Assembly (NCBI RefSeq): GCF_021869535.1
Contig: NW_026262668.1
Span: 133,610,001 to 133,674,000, forward strand
Direction of reading: 5' to 3'
Source of the DNA: Mytilus californianus
Lineage: Eukaryota
Length of the DNA: 64,000 nucleotides
The notes under the pieces: model-generated
The model's input: only the letters and a program-made list of their open reading frames with translations
Database searches by the model: none
What the model was told of the DNA's origin: nothing
In this document: piece after piece, positions 54,301 to 60,300 of the stretch
How the letters are laid out: each line of letters opens with the position of its first letter
Numbering within the stretch: position 1 is the first letter of the stretch
Translations under genes and position numbers: made by a program

Positions 54301-57300
54301 ACTTTCTGTACAATTTTATGTTTTTGTAGGAATAATTAGAAATAAAACAACAGATTATCATGAAATAATTCCTTGTATGGATTTGATACCTGAACATGAC
54401 AGACCAGACTGGCAGATATGGTGTAGAGGTGTTCATCCTAAAATACAGAATCATAGGTTTGTTCCATCCATGTACATCCTCAAAAACAGAATCAAATGTT
54501 TGTTCCATCCATGTACATCCTCCTCAAATACAGAATCATAGGTTTGTTACATCCATGTACATCCTCAAATACAAAATCATAGATTTGTTTCCATCCATGT
54601 ACATTCTCAAATACAGAATCATAGATTTGTTCCATCCATGTACATCCTCAAATACAGAATCATAGGTTTGTTCCATCCATGTACATTCTCAAATACAGAA
54701 TCATAGATTTGATCCATCCATGTACATCCTCAAATATAAAATCATAGGTTTGTTCCATCCATGTACATCCTCAAATACAAAATCATAGGTTTGTTCCATC
54801 CATGTACATCCTCAAATACAAAATTATAGGTTTGTTCCATCCATGTACATCCTCAAATACAAAATCATAGATTTGTTCCATCCATGTACATCCTCAAATA
54901 CAGAATCATAGGTTTGTTCCATCCATGTACATCCTCACATACAAAATCATAGGTTTGTTCCATCCATGTACATCCTCAAATACAAAAACATAGGTTTGTT
55001 CCATCCATATACATCCTCAAATACAGAATCATAGGTTTGTTCCATACATCATCAAATACAGAATCAGAGGTTTGTTACATCCATGTACATCCTCAAATAC
55101 AAAATCATAGGTTTGTTCCATCCATGTACATCCTCAAATACAGAATCATAAGTTTGTTCAATCCATGTACATCCATGTACATCCTCAAATACAAAATCAT
55201 AGGTTTGTTCCATCCATGTACATCCTCAAATACAAAATCATAGGTTTGTTCCATCCATGTACATCCTCAAATACAAAATCATAGGTTTGTTCCATCCATG
55301 TACATCCTCAAATACAAAATCATAGGTTTGTTACATCCATATACATCCTCAAATACAAAATCATAGGTTTGTTCCATCCATGTACATCCTCAAATACAAA
55401 AACATAGGTTTGTTCCATCCATGTACATCCTCAAATACAAAAACATAGGTTTGTTCCATTCATGTACATCCTCAAATACAAAAACATAGGTTTGTTCCAT
55501 CCATGTACATTCTCAAATACAGAATCATAGATTTGTTCCATTCATGTACATCCTCAAATACAAAATCATAGGTTTGTTCCATCCATGTACATCCTCAAAT
55601 ACAGAATCATAGATTTGTTCCATCCATGTACATCCTCAAATACAGAATCATAGGTTTGTTCCATCCATGTACATCCTCAAATACAGAATCATAGGTTTGT
55701 TCCATCCATGTCTACAGATCTATTGACATTTTCCATATTAATTATCCATATAAAAGCTTGTATGGAGTTTATTATTTTTTTTCTGTGTCCTTTTCTTGAT
55801 AATATTTTAAAAGATAAATGTTTTTTTTTTCGTTTTTTTTTTTAATCAGTTGTATTAAATAAAAGGAAATGCAAATGCACTATTAATATAGTAATTATTT
55901 ACTTGCAGACTTATAGTGGACGGTGAGCGGTCAGAGACTGTATTTAATGGTCCTGTTCCAATGTCCAATGTGCGGTACACCAGAGCTAATAGATATATAT
56001 CAGGTACAGTCCTGTTCCGTTGTACAATATACAGTACACGTGAGCCAATAAATGTTTGGATATATTCCTGTTCAAAGTTGTAATTTGTGGTTCAGAAGAG
56101 TTTATAAATACATATCATTTATGGCACAGGTTCAATTTACAATTTACTGTACACAAGAGATAGTAGGTAAAAAGAGTCAATGGTTCTCAAACTGAATGCT
56201 GCAGTTTTAAATTCAGACTGACTGTGTTACATATATTGTCATTTCAATTTTCAATAGCCATTAACCATACTTCAGGTCTTGTTCTAATGTACAACGTACA
56301 TTACACACATGTGGTAATGATACACTTGACTGAACTTTTTTTTCATAAAAAAGATTTTTTTTTGGTTACAATTGATTACTTTTAACTGTTTCTAATTGAT
56401 TAACATTTGGTCATTTCATCAAATTACTGAGTAATACTTAAATCAAGTAAGCATTCTTAATTTGTTGACTCCTGTGTATAGAATAAAATTGAGAATGGGA
56501 ATGGGGAATATGTAAAAGAGACAACAACCCGACCAAAGAGCAGAAAACAGCCCATGGGCACCAATTTGTCTTCAACACAGTGAGAAAATCCCACACCCGG
56601 AGACGGGCTTCAGCTGGCCCCTAAACAAAAATATGCACTAGTTCAGTTAAAATACTAAACTAAACATCTGAAACATATAAATGAACTAAAATTAAAAAAA
56701 CATACAAGACTAACAAAGGCCAGAGGCTCCTGACTTGGGACAGGTGCAAAAATGCGGCGGGTTAAACATGTTTTGTGAGATCTCAACCCTCCCCCTATAC
56801 CTCTAGCCAATGTAGAATAAACAAACACACAGCAATACGCACAGTAAAACTCAGTTTATAAGAATTTCTAGTCCGATGTCAGAATAGGTAACATAAGAAA
56901 CTATGCAAAATGACAATGATACACAAATTCACAAAGGACTACTAGCAGTTACAGACATGCCAGCTCCAGACCTCAAAAATATGTTTTACCAATGATATTT
57001 CTAATGCTCACTTGGTAGAGTTTCTTAAATTGGATATTAGTCAAATATTTTGAAATTTCTAGATATTATTGATTAGATGTAACTATCTTTTAACAAATAT
57101 TAAAATGTTTTAGTTTTAGGAGACCTTTTTATACGCCCGTCAAATTTTTGACGGGACGTATTATGTTATACAAATGTCAGGCGTCCCTCCGTCTGTCTGT
57201 CCGTCTGTCTGTCCGTCTGTCTGTCCGGCGTAAACATGTCGCACCGTAACTTGAGAATGACTTATCCAAATTTCATGAAACTTAACATAGTTGTTTCTTA

Positions 57301-60300
57301 TGATGGTCAAACGATCTGTATACTTTTTGGTGAAAATAAGATTAAAACTTTTTGAGTTACAGGACTTAGTAACTAAAACAGGTGTGTGTTTTTTTTCACA
57401 TGTCGCGCCGTATCTCAAAAACAATTTATGATTATTGCTTAAAACTTTACACACTTCTTAGTTATATTAATCTTAAGATCTGTATACTTTTTGTTGATGA
57501 TTCAAAATTTTATTTTTGAGTTATTGAGTATTTTGTTAAAAAAGGGGGAGGGGTTTTTCACATGTCGCGCCGTATCTCAAAAACAGTTTATGATTATTGC
57601 TTAAAACTTTACACACTTCTTAGTTATATTAACCTTAAGATCTGTATACTTTTTGGTGATGATTCAAAATTTTATTTTTGAGTTATTGAATATTTTGTAA
57701 AAAAAGGGGGAGGGGTTTTTCACATGTCGCGCCATATCTCAAAAATGATTTATGATTATTGCTTAAAATTTTACACACTTTTTAGTTATATTAATCTAAA
57801 GATCTGTATACTTTTTGGTTTTGATTCAAAATTTTTTTTTTGAGATATTGATTTTTTTTTTTTTAAAGGGGTGTTTTCACATGTCGCGCCGTATCTCAAA
57901 AATGATTTATGATTATTGCTTAAAATTTTACACACTTCTTAGTTATATTAATTTAAAGATCTGTATACTTTTTGGTTTTGATTCAAAATTTTATTTTAGA
58001 GATATTGAGTTTTTTGTAAAAAAAAAAAGGGGGTTTTCGCATGTCACGCCATATGTCAGAAACTATTTATGCTTATTGCATAAAAATACACACACAAGAC
58101 GACGGGCGTATCATGCGCTCATGGCGCAGCTGTTTATTTACACTAGCTTTATGAAACATCAATTCCAAAAAGAGGTTGGACTGATGGGAACCACAGAGCT
58201 GTTTTATTACCCCAATCTAGTTGTCCCAATTTCAAGAATACTTCATCACCTTATTTTCAGAAACAACTCCAAACATACAAACTTATACTTATCGAATAAG
58301 ATCAACTACAGTTACTATTGTAAATCATCACAATTCCTCTAATATTCTAATGATATACTTACAGCAAACTGGGATGGTTTTGTGGACAGAGAAGCAGGAA
58401 TGCTGGGGTATACTATCTGGGTTGGTCACCAGGAGTGTGAAGATTTGATTCATATACACCATGACCCACATAAACATTTGTTTGATAAATCTCAGTGGAC
58501 ACATAGCGCTATGATCAGCCCAATACCTGCACCATATAACATTCTTCCAGGTAAGACATTTCTCAGTGGACACATAGTGCTATGATTGGCCCATTACCTG
58601 CACCATATAACATTCTTCCAGGTAAGACGTTCTCAGTGGACACATAGTGCTATGATCAGCCAAATACCTGCACCATATAACATTCTTCCAGGTAAGATGT
58701 TTTCAGTGGACACATAGTGCTATGATCAGCCAAATACCTGCACCATATAACATTCTTCCAGGTAAGATGTTCTCAGTGGACACATAGTGCTATGATCAGC
58801 CAAATACCTGCACCATATAACATTCTTCCAGGTAAGATGTTCTCAGTGGACACATAGTGTGCTATGATCAGCCCAATACCTGCACCTTAAAACATTCTTC
58901 CAGGTAAGATGTTCTCAGTGGACACATATAGTGTGCTATGATCAGCCCAATACCTGCACCATATAACATTCTTCAAGGTAAGATGTTTCTCAGTGGACAC
59001 ATAGTGCTATGATCAGCCTAATACCTGCACCATATAACATTCTTCCAGGTAAGACGTTCTCAGTGGACACATAGTGGACATATGATCAGCCCAATACCTG
59101 CACCATATACCATTCTTCCAGGTAAGACGTCCTCAGTGGACACATAGTGATATGATCAGCCAAATACCTGCACCATATAACATTCTTCCAGGTACGAGGT
59201 ATTCTCAGTTGTATATTAATGTTTGAAAAGTTTTTAGAATGAATGATTTACCTTATCAAATTAATAAAAGAATTTGGCCTCTGAACATGTTCAGTGGAAC
59301 ATTGTATATCTACCATAATACAAGTACAGTATTAACACATAAGTGATCAAACAGATTTTTAAAAAGAACTGAGAATCCAGCTGCAATATAACTAAATGAA
59401 ATAAAGACTAACTTGGCTTGGACTTGTACAAATATCAATCATAATCCAATGTAGAGAAGCATATGTACTCTTAATAGTTATTCTGGTGCAATTTGTTTGT
59501 AAATTTCCCTTTTTGACATCATATATTTTATGGGGTTAAATTCAATTTAGCTGCTGGATTGATGACACAATCACAGATCACATTTCAATTTCTCATAATT
59601 CATTTAACAAGGTATTTTTTGCAATTGCATTACTGTTGTCAATCTTAGATTTTACATTCAAGAATTTGTGATAGTAAAATCAAGATTAATATTTACCCAT
59701 ATTGAACTACAGGAGAGTTTTTCCCTTAATCGTTTTGGCTGATATTAGTTCTTCATCTATGTTAAAAGTGCTGAATGATATAAAGTATGGAAGACAAATA
59801 GCAACAACACTTTATAAGAATCAATTGTGATTATTTTCTTTTGGCAGAGTATCAGTATTCACTGAGTTATGTGAAGTATCTGAAATCATGAAATATTTGA
59901 AGATGATCAGTACTTTTAAAAATGATTTCATTAAATGATGTAAACTATGGAAGATTAAAAGTAAAAACAGATCAAATTTGTTTTATTTTTTCAGATGACG
60001 AGTACTTCATTACTGTTAGAGCACTGAATGATGTAAAGTATGGAGGACCATTAGGGACAACAGTGTGTCACACAGTGCCTTATACTGTAGACAATTCTAG
60101 ACCAATAATGACAGATATTTATGGTGTATCATATGATGAAGACTTATATCTACTAAAGGCAATACACAACTCTAGGTATGTACTAAATACATTTACAGTT
60201 AAACCTCAATGTTTCTAACTGGGTTGTGTCAAAAACTCTGATACTCTGTCACAGTATTTTGTCATCTCATGTAAAATTCCTGTTTGTTTCAAAGCATTTA

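Noticed and set aside
55911-55916. Alternative acceptor ttatag at 55916 that would join exon 47 directly in phase 1
   Set aside because: Would bypass exon 48, which has good splice sites and an open frame; the 55908 acceptor gives a continuous NHR-LIVDG. It may still be a minor isoform.
57161-58342. ORFs of 97 and 175 aa
   Set aside because: They lie in the HINE microsatellite and core repeats; low-complexity and non-coding.
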